A stretch of DNA of 64,000 nt from Polyangiales bacterium (GCA_038230375.1 JBBRNJ010000005.1:1-64000); one strand, 5' to 3'; positions 38,754 through 48,761 are shown, counted from the first letter of the stretch. Numbers and translations are program-made. The notes: a model not told the origin generated them from the letters alone.

Positions 38754-40934
38754 ATGACGTTCACGCGCCGCGCACTGATCACGTTCGTCACGCCGGTCCT
38801 GATCGTGCTGCTCGGCAGTCGCCTCATGTTGCCTCACGTCGCTGAGTTCGTGGCGGAGACGGGCGCGGCACCTGAGCGCTTCGGTGTCTTCGGGCTCGGC
38901 ATCTTCCCCTACGTGGCTGCATTCCAGCTGGTGGAGATCGTCGCGTTCCTGGTGCCTTCGCTCTCGCGCCGCCGTCACGGCGATCCGGCGCTGCGGGCGA
39001 AGCTCGATCTCGCTGTGGCCTTCGTGACACTCGGGCTCGCCGGCATGCAGGCGTGGTCGTTCGCGACGCAGCTCGCGACCCTCTCGAACGAGACGCGGTT
39101 CTACGTCGGCCGCGCCGACGTGCTGATCACGATGGTCACTCTGGTTGGCGGCGTCTGCGTGCAGGTGGTGGCTTCCAAGCTCATCACGCGCGCGGGGCTT
39201 GCGAATGGCGTCGCCGTGCTGCTGGTCGCGAACGTGTTCCAGCACGTAAGCGCGGACGTCGGGGTTCGGCTGCGCGCCACGCCACCGTCCCCGGGGAGCG
39301 GCGGCCTGCTGGGCATGTTCTTCAAGTCGCATGACGCCGCCTCGCCGCTCGAGATGGCGATCGTGTTCGGCGCGATAGCGATCGTCGTGATCGCAGCAGT
39401 CATCGCGCTTGCGCGCGCCACCGGCATGCGGCTCACGCCGGGCAACGTCCTTGGCGGGCCGTACCGCGGCGCGCATGCGCTGGTGCTCGAGCCCAGCTTC
39501 CCGGTCCCATCCAGCTCGTATGGTGCGTACGCGATCACCAACGCGCTCATCCTGTTCCCCGCGACCCTCGCGAACCTGAAGGTGCCTGGCTTCGCAGGCC
39601 TCGCCGGGCTTTCGGGAGGGCTCACGTTCTTCCCGCTCCTGCTCGTCGTGATGGTGTTGCTCGCGTTCTGGCTCCACCGGCCGGGAGAGCTCTCGGACCT
39701 CGCGGACCGGCTCGGCATCCAGTCCGATCCGAACGAGGCGCGGCGAGCCCTGGTGCACACGCTGTTGCCGTCGTACCTCTTCTTCTCTGTCGTGATCCTG
39801 GCTGGGCATGCTGCCGGCGTGGACGTGTCAGAGGCGCCCCTCGCGGTCGCTGTCGTCCTGGACCTCTATTTCTCTGTCCAGCGTGCGCGCGGGGCCACCA
39901 CGTGGGTGCCCGTGTGGGAAGAGCGTCGCGCGACCGCGGTGCCCGTGCTCCGCACCGTGCTCGCAGCGCGCGGCATCGAGACCGAGGTGAACGGAATGAG
40001 CCTGCTCTGGCTCATGCAGCTCTTCGCACCGTTCGCGCCTGCGGTGCTCCTGGTGAAGGAAGAGGACGCGGCGCGCGCAACGAGGATCCTCGCGAGCGGC
40101 GAGTTCGCGGAGGAGGCGCCGGTCGCCGAGGCCGTCACGGTGAAGGCGCCGGAGCTCGCGCCCGGTAGACGCGCAGTCTACCTTGCCGGCCTCGTCGCGC
40201 TCGCGGGTGTCGTTGCGTTCGTCGGCGCGCGCGCCCGGAGCGGCGGGTTCGACGAGGACGCGGCCAAGGACGTCGGTCCGCCCGCGCAGCTCACGCTCGT
40301 TCGCATCGACGACACGCGCGATCCGCTCGCGTCCATCCGCGACGAAGAGCTCCCCGATGGTGCAGGCATCAGCATCTACCTGGAGAACGCGCCCGCAGGT
40401 CCAGGCCAGAACATGCAGGTGCACTTTGCACGCATCGTGGCGCGCACGGGAGAGCCGAAGGCCGAGACCCGTGCGCGTTTGAACGGTTGGCTCGACAAGG
40501 TGAAGCTCGCGGAAAGTGACGAACCCGCGCGGTTCGCCCTCGAAGAGATACAGGATGTGGACGACGAGACGCGGAAGGTCACCTTCGTCGGCTACCGCAG
40601 CTTTCTGCTGACCGGCGCGCCGGAGCTCACGAACGCGGACGTCGAGGACGCGTCGGTCATCTTCGATCGTGACAGGCAGGAGCCCAGCGTGACCGTGATC
40701 CTCACGCCCGCGGGCGCGCGCCGGTTCGAGGAAGTGACGGGCCAGTGGGTGCAGCGACGCCTCGCGATCGTGCTGGACGGCGTGATCGAGAGCGCGCCCG
40801 TCATCAAGTCCAAGATTGGAGGCGGCCGCCTCACCATCACGATGGGCCGCGCCGAGCCCGAGAAGGCGCTCTTCGATGCCCAGCACCTCCAACGGAGCCT
40901 CCGAGGTTCCCGGGGCGCTGCCGGCGCACGCTGA
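38754..40934 (+). CDS. Divergent SecY-like membrane protein fused to DUF2007-like and SecD P1-head-like domains
   Basis: SecY-like motifs FGLGIFPYVAA and ITRAGLANGVAVLL. SecD-like motifs LTNADVEDA, GARRFEEVT and LAIVLDGVIESAPVI. Confidence 0.75.
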   Translation: MTFTRRALITFVTPVLIVLLGSRLMLPHVAEFVAETGAAPERFGVFGLGIFPYVAAFQLVEIVAFLVPSLSRRRHGDPALRAKLDLAVAFVTLGLAGMQAWSFATQLATLSNETRFYVGRADVLITMVTLVGGVCVQVVASKLITRAGLANGVAVLLVANVFQHVSADVGVRLRATPPSPGSGGLLGMFFKSHDAASPLEMAIVFGAIAIVVIAAVIALARATGMRLTPGNVLGGPYRGAHALVLEPSFPVPSSSYGAYAITNALILFPATLANLKVPGFAGLAGLSGGLTFFPLLLVVMVLLAFWLHRPGELSDLADRLGIQSDPNEARRALVHTLLPSYLFFSVVILAGHAAGVDVSEAPLAVAVVLDLYFSVQRARGATTWVPVWEERRATAVPVLRTVLAARGIETEVNGMSLLWLMQLFAPFAPAVLLVKEEDAARATRILASGEFAEEAPVAEAVTVKAPELAPGRRAVYLAGLVALAGVVAFVGARARSGGFDEDAAKDVGPPAQLTLVRIDDTRDPLASIRDEELPDGAGISIYLENAPAGPGQNMQVHFARIVARTGEPKAETRARLNGWLDKVKLAESDEPARFALEEIQDVDDETRKVTFVGYRSFLLTGAPELTNADVEDASVIFDRDRQEPSVTVILTPAGARRFEEVTGQWVQRRLAIVLDGVIESAPVIKSKIGGGRLTITMGRAEPEKALFDAQHLQRSLRGSRGAAGAR

Positions 40935-40997
40935 GCTATCCGCGCCGGTTTGGCGAGCGGGTGACACGCCGCCTTCGCTACGGATAGGATCTGGGCC

Positions 40998-42698
40998 GTG
41001 TCCATCTCCACCGCACCAGGTTCCATGCTTGCGGGCCGATACCGGCTCGAGCAGAAGATCGGTCAGGGAGGCATGGGCGCTGTCTTCGTTGCGACAGACC
41101 TCACGCTCCATCGCCGCGTTGCGGTGAAGCTCCTGCGTCCGGAGACCGGCACCGACGCCGACACGCTGTCGCGCTTCGCGGCGGAGGCGCGGGCGGTGGC
41201 CATGCTCGGCAACCCTCACATCGTTCCGCTCTTCGACTTCCACGGCGGCGAGACGCCATTTCTCGTGATGGAGCTCGTGGAGGGCGAGAGCGTGCGCGCG
41301 CTCCTCGATCGCGAGCGGACGGTCCCACCGGAGCGGGCAGCGTTCATTGCAAGGCAGGTGCTCTCCGCGCTGGCGGCGGCGCATGCCATGGGCACCATTC
41401 ATCGCGACGTGAAGCCATCCAACATGATGCTCGTGCGCGGAGCGGCCGTGCCTGACCTCACGAAGCTCCTTGATTTTGGCGTTGCGAAGATGGCGGAGGC
41501 AGTCACGCGCGGGCACCGCACCGCGGAGGGCATGCTGCTCGGCACGCCGCAGTACATGGCGCCGGAGCAGGCGCTGGGCATGCCGGTGGATGCGCGCTCG
41601 GACGTCTATGCGGTGGGCGTGAGCATGTTCGAGATGCTCGCCGGGTACAACCCGTTCGCCAACGGCGACCTGGGCGTGATGCTCAACGCCGTGCGAGAGG
41701 TCGTCCCCCCGTCGCTCGATGCCGTGAGGCCCGACGTGCCTGCGGACCTTGCGCGCGTGGTCGCACGCGCACTGGAGAAGCGACCGGAGATGCGCTTCCC
41801 CACGGCCGCGGCGATGGCGGACGCGCTGGGTTCGTTCGCCCGGATGTCGCTCCCGGCGCCCGCGCCCGCCACGCTCTCCGCGGCTGGCTACGCAGGCGGA
41901 CCGCCCTCGTTCGGCGGCGGACCCACGCTCGCGACGGCGCCGCCGTCATTCGGTGGTGGGCCACCGCTCGTGGCGGCACCTCCATCGCTCGCACACTCTC
42001 CGGTGTTCGTGGCCACAGCACCTCTGCACCGCAACAACGGCGTGGTGCTCGGCGTCATCATCGGTGTGACAGGCGTCCTCCTCCTGGTCGGAGGTGCCGT
42101 TGCCGTGGTGCTCGTGCGTCAGCCGTCCTCCGTTCCCGGGGCCGGGTCCGAAGGCCCCGCGTCGGCTCCTGGCGTGATCGTTGTGACCGGCGCTCCCGCA
42201 ACGACAACGACATCGGCGGCAACGGCAGCGGGTACTTCGCCACACGCCCGTGGCGTCGTGTCCGCCGCGCCCGGTGTCGCCGCTCCGCTGCCCCAGAGCT
42301 GGGGCCCCGGTCTGCGGAAGCCTGGCAAGTGCCTCTGCTTGCCCACGGGCAATGCACCGACAAGTGAGGCGCTCTGCACGGCAAAGAGCGCCGTGCCGAG
42401 ATGCAAGTGCGAGCGGAGCGACGGCGTCACCGTGTGTCCGGTTCGGCATGACGCCGCGGGGGAGTGCCCCGCTGGCTCGACTCATCCGGTGCCGGGAGGC
42501 GCGACCGGCGGCGCCTGCGGCGGCTTCGTGGGTGACAGCCTGAAGGGCAAGATGCTCAACACGCCGGGCGTCGGCCTGTACACCTGTTTGCTCTGCGGAG
42601 AGACGCAGACGTTCTCCGGGCCTACTGGTTCGCCGTGCTCCGGCTTCAACAACCACGACGGCGCCCACTACACCGGCATCATGGATTGCACGCCCTGA
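40998..42698 (+). CDS. Ser/Thr kinase with a TM segment and a 12-Cys extracytoplasmic domain
   Basis: GQGGMG, HRDVKPSN, DFG, YMAPE. Confidence 0.93.
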   Translation: MSISTAPGSMLAGRYRLEQKIGQGGMGAVFVATDLTLHRRVAVKLLRPETGTDADTLSRFAAEARAVAMLGNPHIVPLFDFHGGETPFLVMELVEGESVRALLDRERTVPPERAAFIARQVLSALAAAHAMGTIHRDVKPSNMMLVRGAAVPDLTKLLDFGVAKMAEAVTRGHRTAEGMLLGTPQYMAPEQALGMPVDARSDVYAVGVSMFEMLAGYNPFANGDLGVMLNAVREVVPPSLDAVRPDVPADLARVVARALEKRPEMRFPTAAAMADALGSFARMSLPAPAPATLSAAGYAGGPPSFGGGPTLATAPPSFGGGPPLVAAPPSLAHSPVFVATAPLHRNNGVVLGVIIGVTGVLLLVGGAVAVVLVRQPSSVPGAGSEGPASAPGVIVVTGAPATTTTSAATAAGTSPHARGVVSAAPGVAAPLPQSWGPGLRKPGKCLCLPTGNAPTSEALCTAKSAVPRCKCERSDGVTVCPVRHDAAGECPAGSTHPVPGGATGGACGGFVGDSLKGKMLNTPGVGLYTCLLCGETQTFSGPTGSPCSGFNNHDGAHYTGIMDCTP

Positions 42699-42738
42699 GA
42701 TCCGCTGCATCATCCCATGGTCCGCTACACTGGTGCGG

Positions 42739-43812
42739 ATGGGCGCCGAACGCATCCCGGACATGGTACGGGCGCTCGCGAAAGAGGAGCGCCGCGTGCA
42801 GCTCCTCCACGATGCCGGTGTCTACATCACGCCCGTGCTGCTGGGGACCGCGATCTTCGCCGCGCTGCCCTGGTTGCTCAGCCTCGCGCTCTCGCCTCTC
42901 GTCATCCACAACCTCTATTCCGTCGGCGAGTACGGAACGGGAAGCTTCGAGCAACGCCCGTTCACGGCCACGCTCATCGGTGCCGTCATCGGCTTCGTCG
43001 GCACCATCGCGTGGCGCTTCTATCAGCAAGGCCCCGTGGAGATCGTGCTCGATGAAGAGGGCATCACGGAGACGGAGTGGGGCACGGCGCGCCTCACGAT
43101 CCCCTGGAAAGACGCCCGCGCGTGGAGCAAGGAGCAGGAGGCGCGATCGAAGTACGGGCAGCGTTACGAGCTCGCATGGCTCCGCATCGCGGCGCCGTCT
43201 GGTGAGATGATCGCGTTCAACAACGTGGATCGCGGGCTCCTAGTGCCCACGCTTCCTCGCCGGATGGTCGCGCGCCAGAACCTGCAGAAGCTCGTCGCGA
43301 TCGCGCGCGAGCTCCCGTCGCTCGACGCGAAGGCCTCCGATCCTCGCGTGCGCGAGGTCATGGGCGGACTCGCCATCCGCATCTTCCGCCCGCTGGGCAT
43401 GTTCCTCATCTTCTGGTCGATCGGCGCGATGGCCGCCGAGCTTGGCGACTTCCAGTACCCCATGTCCGGCTCGCGAGCCTTCGCGCTGCCGTCCGCCGCG
43501 ATCGGAAGCGCGGTGTTGTTCGCTGGCTCGTTCCTCCAGTTCATCGTCCCGCTGCGCCGCTACCTGCGCCTGCGACGACGAGTGGCGGAGGAGAAGACGA
43601 AGGCCGCGCGCGTCCCCGTTGGCGGCTACCGCGAGGCCGAAGTGCGTGACGATGGGCCTCGCGACGAGACGCTCCGCTACGAACGAATCCGCGTCCTCAC
43701 GGCGTTCTTCGCCTACGGCTTTGCTGTCGTCGCACTGACGGCGCTGCCATGGCTGTGGCGCATCGAGCACACCGCCCAGTGCGAAGCGCAGCAGCGCAGC
43801 TGCTGGGAGTAG
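42739..43812 (+). CDS. Hypothetical multi-pass membrane protein
   Basis: About 5 hydrophobic segments with a soluble insert; TACACT lies 7 nt before the ATG. Confidence 0.75.
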   Translation: MGAERIPDMVRALAKEERRVQLLHDAGVYITPVLLGTAIFAALPWLLSLALSPLVIHNLYSVGEYGTGSFEQRPFTATLIGAVIGFVGTIAWRFYQQGPVEIVLDEEGITETEWGTARLTIPWKDARAWSKEQEARSKYGQRYELAWLRIAAPSGEMIAFNNVDRGLLVPTLPRRMVARQNLQKLVAIARELPSLDAKASDPRVREVMGGLAIRIFRPLGMFLIFWSIGAMAAELGDFQYPMSGSRAFALPSAAIGSAVLFAGSFLQFIVPLRRYLRLRRRVAEEKTKAARVPVGGYREAEVRDDGPRDETLRYERIRVLTAFFAYGFAVVALTALPWLWRIEHTAQCEAQQRSCWE

Positions 43813-43818
43813 GGGAGG

Positions 43819-45090
43819 TCAGAACCTTCCCAGGAGGGCGTCTTGGGGACTGCTCGTGGAGCCATTGGTGGTGGGCCGCATGCCGGGTCTCGGTGCGGTC
43901 CTCCATTTGAGTGCGGTATACATGCATAATCCGCCTACCCCGAGCGCGGTCGCGACCAGCAGCGCGAGGCCGGTACCACGCAACCACCGAGGGATGGCCG
44001 TCTTCGACTCGAGCGCGCGTTGTGGCGCGGCTGATGGAGTCGCCGGAAGCTCGTGGAACGCCCGCAGCTCCGCAGGCCTCTGCCGGAGCGTGCCCCGGTA
44101 CCGATCGCTGACGATGGTGCTGGCGAATGGGCTCGACGCTGGAGGCGACGTGGCAACGGCGGTCTGCGTCCAGGACACCGCCAGCATGCCGCGAGGGGAC
44201 AGGCGCTCGAGCGCGCGCTCCGACGTTCTCGTCCCCAGCGGAGCCAACGCAGCCCCGAGCTCCGCCGCGCTCTGGAAACGCTCTTCGGGCCGCTTGCGCA
44301 TGCAGCGCCGGACGACCCTCTCGAGCTCGTCCGGCACGTCCGCGCGGTGCTGTCGCATCGGCCGCGGTTCGCTCTGGAGGATCGCCGAGTACAGCGCGCC
44401 GACGTTCGGTGCCTCGAATGGCAGGGCGCCCGTCGCCAGCTCGTAGGCGATGACTCCGAGCGACCAGATGTCGGCCCGTGCGTCGACATCCTTGGAATTG
44501 CGAATCTGTTCGGGCGAGACAAACGCGGGCGAACCGATGATGGCGCCCGTTCGCGTCAGCTGGCCGCCCATGGGTGATGCCCCGACAGCCTTCGAGATGC
44601 CGAAGTCCAGGACCTTCACGCGCGCGCTGCGGCCCGGCTTCTGCTCGAGGAACAGGTTCGCGGGCTTCAGGTCACGATGAACGATACCGAGTGCGTGGGC
44701 AGCAGCGACGCCTTCGAGCGCCTGGAGCAAGAGGTCCGCCACACGCCACGCAGGCATCGAGCGCTCTGCCGCGAGCAGCGTTTCGAGGTCCTGCCCCACG
44801 AGCAGCTCCATCACCATGAAGGGCGTGCCATCCCGGAAGCACCCGGTGTCCATCACGCGCGCCACGTGATCGCTCTCGATCCGCGCGGAGTTGCGCGCCT
44901 CGTTCATGAACCGCCGGATCGTCTCGAGGTCCCTGCCGATCTTCGGCTTGACCACCTTGAGGGCCACTGACTGAGCGAGGTGCTGGTGGAACGCCTCGTA
45001 CACGATGCCCATCCCGCCTTGTCCGAGCACGCGTTCGATGCGGTATTTGCCATCGACCACCTGGCCAGGTTCGAAACTTGGCTGGTGCAT
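43819..45090 (-). CDS. Ser/Thr protein kinase with a C-terminal TM segment
   Basis: GQGGMG, HRDLKPAN, DFG, SPE. Confidence 0.93.
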   Translation of the reverse strand: MHQPSFEPGQVVDGKYRIERVLGQGGMGIVYEAFHQHLAQSVALKVVKPKIGRDLETIRRFMNEARNSARIESDHVARVMDTGCFRDGTPFMVMELLVGQDLETLLAAERSMPAWRVADLLLQALEGVAAAHALGIVHRDLKPANLFLEQKPGRSARVKVLDFGISKAVGASPMGGQLTRTGAIIGSPAFVSPEQIRNSKDVDARADIWSLGVIAYELATGALPFEAPNVGALYSAILQSEPRPMRQHRADVPDELERVVRRCMRKRPEERFQSAAELGAALAPLGTRTSERALERLSPRGMLAVSWTQTAVATSPPASSPFASTIVSDRYRGTLRQRPAELRAFHELPATPSAAPQRALESKTAIPRWLRGTGLALLVATALGVGGLCMYTALKWRTAPRPGMRPTTNGSTSSPQDALLGRF

Positions 45091-45128
45091 GAGACAAGGC
45101 TACGTGTGCGTAGCTGCGCTCCAAAACC

Positions 45129-45174
45129 CCGATGCCGTTCATCGGTGAACGCGATGGCGCGAACTCATCGGTGA
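45129..45174. promoter_or_regulatory. Candidate LysR binding region
   Basis: CATCG-N7-CGATG (T-N11-A) at 45140-45156, an overlapping CCGATG-N5-CATCGG, and TCATCGGTGA repeated. Confidence 0.55.
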
Positions 45175-45193
45175 GCAATGCTAGAATCATCTC

Positions 45194-46084
45194 GTGAAGA
45201 CCGACCTGGAGCTCCGGCATCTTCGCGTGTTCTTGACCGTGGTCGAGACCGGCACACACACGCGCGCGGCGCGTGCGCTCGGACTCTCGCAATCGACCGT
45301 GTCGGAGACGATGTTCGCGCTGGAGCGGGCGCTCGGTACGCCGCTATTTCGTAAGAACCGAAAGGGCGCCACGCTCACGCCCGCTGGCGCTGCGCTCCTT
45401 CCGTACGCGAAGCGGATGCTCGCGCTCACGAACGAGCTCGTCGCGAGTCTTGCGCGCCTCACGACCGACATCAACGCGACGCTGACGGTCTCCGCGGTGG
45501 AGTCGATCAACACGTACGTGCTTCCCGCCCATCTTGCGGCGCTGCGCGAGCACTGGCCGAAGGCGCGCATCGACGTGCGCGTGGCGACCTGTCCCGAGAT
45601 CCGCGAGGACGTCGCCGCGGGCAAGAGCGACATCGGCCTGATCCTGGAGGAAGATCTCTCCGCGAGCGAGGGCGTCGAGCTGGCCCACGAGCGATTCGCC
45701 GTGTTCGGAGCGCCAGGTCATCCGCTCTCGCGCGGGCGCGCATCACCCGAGCAGCTACGTCGCTTCGACTTCTACATGAGCGACGCTGCCGGCAGCTATC
45801 ATCGCGCACTGCGACACTACTTCGACGCCGCGCAGGTCCCACTGCCCCGAACACAAGGCCTGGGAACGGTCGAAGGTGTGAAGCGTGGAATCATGGCAGG
45901 TGGTTCGGCGCTCGGGCTGTTGCCGGCATATGCCGTCGCGCAAGAGCTAGAGGACGGTCTGGTTGTCGAGGTGCGTCCAAATCCAGGGCTGCCGCGGCTC
46001 GTGATGCGCGCGATCGTGGCTGGCCCACACCCCCCGATGGTGGAGGCGCTGATCGAGACACTGAAGTGCGAGAGTCCGACCTAA
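45194..46084 (+). CDS. LysR family regulator
   Basis: N-terminal HTH (TRAARALGLSQSTVS..LE..LG..LF.R) plus a substrate-binding domain. Confidence 0.93.
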   Translation: MKTDLELRHLRVFLTVVETGTHTRAARALGLSQSTVSETMFALERALGTPLFRKNRKGATLTPAGAALLPYAKRMLALTNELVASLARLTTDINATLTVSAVESINTYVLPAHLAALREHWPKARIDVRVATCPEIREDVAAGKSDIGLILEEDLSASEGVELAHERFAVFGAPGHPLSRGRASPEQLRRFDFYMSDAAGSYHRALRHYFDAAQVPLPRTQGLGTVEGVKRGIMAGGSALGLLPAYAVAQELEDGLVVEVRPNPGLPRLVMRAIVAGPHPPMVEALIETLKCESPT

Positions 46085-46178
46085 TTGGTCGTTCCTTGCA
46101 CAATTTGAGCACCTTCGATCTCCACGTGAGCATCGTCCCGCCCAAAGATTCGCGGCATTAGGCCCTCGCTGCCGCGGC

Positions 46179-47477
46179 ATGGGTGTTGCTGCCTTCGTGG
46201 GGGCGCTTCCGTTCCGGAAGTGTCCACCTTGGGAGGTCCTCGTGGCATCTGGCTTTCGTCTCGTCGTCGCAGCGCTGCGCTCTGGCACGATAGATCAACG
46301 CTTCGGCACGGAGCACATCGTGCTCGGCCTCCGAAGCGCTCGCGCGTCGGGAACGCTGGTGTTCGGAGATGCGGGCACGCCTCGCGCGGAGCTCAGGTTC
46401 GAGGACGGTCTGATTCGAAAGGCGCGCTCGACGCTCGCGGCGTACCTCGGCGGCGTGCTCTACGAGCTCGGTCGCATCGACCAGGCCACGCTCAACTCGT
46501 CGCTGGCGCACGTTGCGCGAGTCCGACAGCTTCACGGCTCCGTCTTGCGCGCGCTGCTCGCCGTGGACAAGGACGACATCGAGGCGGGATTGCGCGAGCA
46601 GATCGAACGGCGACTCGCAGACCTCGTATCGTTGCCGCTCGGCACACCCTGGAAATTCCACGAGAACGAAGATCGGCTCGAAGGATTCGGCGGGCATGAC
46701 TGGCCGCTTGTCGATCCGATCGGCGGACTTTGGCGAGGCCTTCGGGATGGTGCACGTGAGTCGCTCGTCCAGGCGACGACGGCTCGCGCGGGCGATCACC
46801 GGTTCGTTCTCTCGTCGGCATTCGCGCCGCACGAGCTGGGGTTCGACATCGCGGAGATCCAGCTGGCCCGTTCGTTCGTCACTCCACGTCGTCTCGTGGA
46901 GCCTGCTGATCGCCACACGTCGAAGACGGCGGCCAATCTTCGCCACCTGCTGGTCGTTGCTGGCGTGCTGGAGGTGGCCGACGCGGGGAGGCCCGTGCTG
47001 AACACTCTGCCCGGCGGCATGCCCCGGAACTTCGCGTCCGAACAGCAGGCGCTGGAGGCCGTCCGAGCGCTCCTCGCCGCCGGAAAACAGGCGAATGCTC
47101 GCGCGACCGCGCTCGTGAGCCTGTCGCGGTTCGAAGACTCCGTGCCGTTGCGCATCGAGCTTGCGTGGGTCGAGGCCAACGGCGACGGAAGCGATACCCC
47201 CGCTCACGTCGCGAAGCAGCTCGAACGGTTCGACCAGCTCGCCAAGGAGTATCCGGATTCGCCGGACGTCTACTACTACCGCGGGCTCTTGTTCAGGCGA
47301 CAAGGGATGGCGTCGTTCGCATGTCGCGATCTCCGGAAGACGCTTGATTGTGAGCCTCGACATCGGGCCGCGACACTCGACCTCCGGCTCTTCAACGCCC
47401 GCCGCGAACGTGGTGCTTCGGTCGAGGACGCGCTCGGGATTACCACCTTGAACACCGCAGGGAAGCGCGTGGGATGA
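46179..47477 (+). CDS. DUF4388-like / TPR protein (start uncertain)
   Basis: SGTL, F.DG.I, LG..L..LGRI and C-terminal TPR-like YYYRG..A. Confidence 0.65.
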   Translation: MGVAAFVGALPFRKCPPWEVLVASGFRLVVAALRSGTIDQRFGTEHIVLGLRSARASGTLVFGDAGTPRAELRFEDGLIRKARSTLAAYLGGVLYELGRIDQATLNSSLAHVARVRQLHGSVLRALLAVDKDDIEAGLREQIERRLADLVSLPLGTPWKFHENEDRLEGFGGHDWPLVDPIGGLWRGLRDGARESLVQATTARAGDHRFVLSSAFAPHELGFDIAEIQLARSFVTPRRLVEPADRHTSKTAANLRHLLVVAGVLEVADAGRPVLNTLPGGMPRNFASEQQALEAVRALLAAGKQANARATALVSLSRFEDSVPLRIELAWVEANGDGSDTPAHVAKQLERFDQLAKEYPDSPDVYYYRGLLFRRQGMASFACRDLRKTLDCEPRHRAATLDLRLFNARRERGASVEDALGITTLNTAGKRVG

Positions 47478-47481
47478 CGCG

Positions 47482-48651
47482 TCACGGCTCGGTGCTGCCC
47501 CCGAGCCAGCGGCGATTGATGCGGCTCCCGAGCGCCATTCCCGGCTTCTCCACGATGCGGAAGCTCAGATACGCCAAGGCTGCGGTGACAACCCAGCCCA
47601 GGATGATCTGATCCTGTCGCTCGTTCGGCGCCCAGTCCTTCAGGTATCCGCCCGCCATGCGCGTGGCGATGAAGAAGCCAAGGGGGTGCAGCAGATACGT
47701 CGAGAACGAGATCTGCCCCGCCTTCATGAGGAGCCGCGACGAGAACGCCTTTGCCACGAAGCCGTCCTCGCGAGACAGGATCCCGAACAGCGCCACGCCG
47801 CCAACGAAGGTCGAGAGATACGGCCACGCCCACTCCTCGTTCACGGAGAGAATGCGTCTCGCATAGTAGGGGAGCGCCAGGAAGACGAAGGCGAGCGACA
47901 CGAGCGCGAGCACGTCGAACAACCTGCGGAGGCGCGCATCGCGGGCCGGGCCCTTCTCCGCCGCGGCCTCTGGGAGAAGCCCGCCTGCGCGAAGGTCCGT
48001 GTAGACGAACGCTGCGAGCGAGCCCGTGAGAAACTCCCACAGCCTTCGCGGCAGATGGATCCAGACCATCGAGCCGTTGGGAAGATACTTGTCACCGAAC
48101 ATCCGCGCGGACACGACTGCGATCGCGATGATGACGAGATAGAGCGCGGCGCGCGCCGCGACGGAGCGCTTTGCATGACGCGCCCTCTGGTGGAGCACGA
48201 CCAGGATCGGGATCACCAGGTAGTACTCGCACTCGATCGGGATCGCCCACAGGATCCAGTGCGCTTCGCTCAACGTGAGATTGCCGAAGAGCATGTCCGG
48301 CCGGAGCTCGTTCAGGTACGCGAGCGGCACCACGTACGTGGCGATCAGCACCACGTACAGGTACGCCGGATAGATGCGAAAGATGCGGCGCACGAAGTAG
48401 CGTCCCCACAGCTGCGCGGGCTCCCACTTCTTGTACTCACGCTGGCGAAGCGCGTCCCATTCGGCCGCCCCTCCCACGGTCAGAAGGAAGGCGCTCAGGA
48501 CGAAGAAGATGGTCACGCCGTAGCCTGCCATCGGATCGAACGTGGTCTCCATCCGGTACCCGAGCATGTGCATCGACAGGTGGCCGTAGACGACGCAGAT
48601 GGAAGCGAAGCCGCGGAGCCCATCCAGAAACGGCGCGCGGAATCGGGGCAT
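47482..48651 (-). CDS. Acyltransferase 3 (OafA-like)
   Basis: LDGLRG, FFVLS, RR.FRIYP, W...IE..YY, SF..YL.H, EKP. Confidence 0.92.
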   Translation of the reverse strand: MPRFRAPFLDGLRGFASICVVYGHLSMHMLGYRMETTFDPMAGYGVTIFFVLSAFLLTVGGAAEWDALRQREYKKWEPAQLWGRYFVRRIFRIYPAYLYVVLIATYVVPLAYLNELRPDMLFGNLTLSEAHWILWAIPIECEYYLVIPILVVLHQRARHAKRSVAARAALYLVIIAIAVVSARMFGDKYLPNGSMVWIHLPRRLWEFLTGSLAAFVYTDLRAGGLLPEAAAEKGPARDARLRRLFDVLALVSLAFVFLALPYYARRILSVNEEWAWPYLSTFVGGVALFGILSREDGFVAKAFSSRLLMKAGQISFSTYLLHPLGFFIATRMAGGYLKDWAPNERQDQIILGWVVTAALAYLSFRIVEKPGMALGSRINRRWLGGSTEP

Positions 48652-48761
48652 CTCCGCGCACGGTAGGCGATTTTCGCTGAATTTTCATGTGCCGTTGACG
48701 ACGTTGCCCACCCGCCCTAAACAACCTTCAAATCTTTTTGAAACCTTTGGGAGCATCCCCA

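Noticed and set aside
38754..40934. Calling this gene the housekeeping secY or secD
   Set aside because: It is too divergent, outside the spc and yajC-secDF contexts, and lacks SecD's C-terminal TM bundle.
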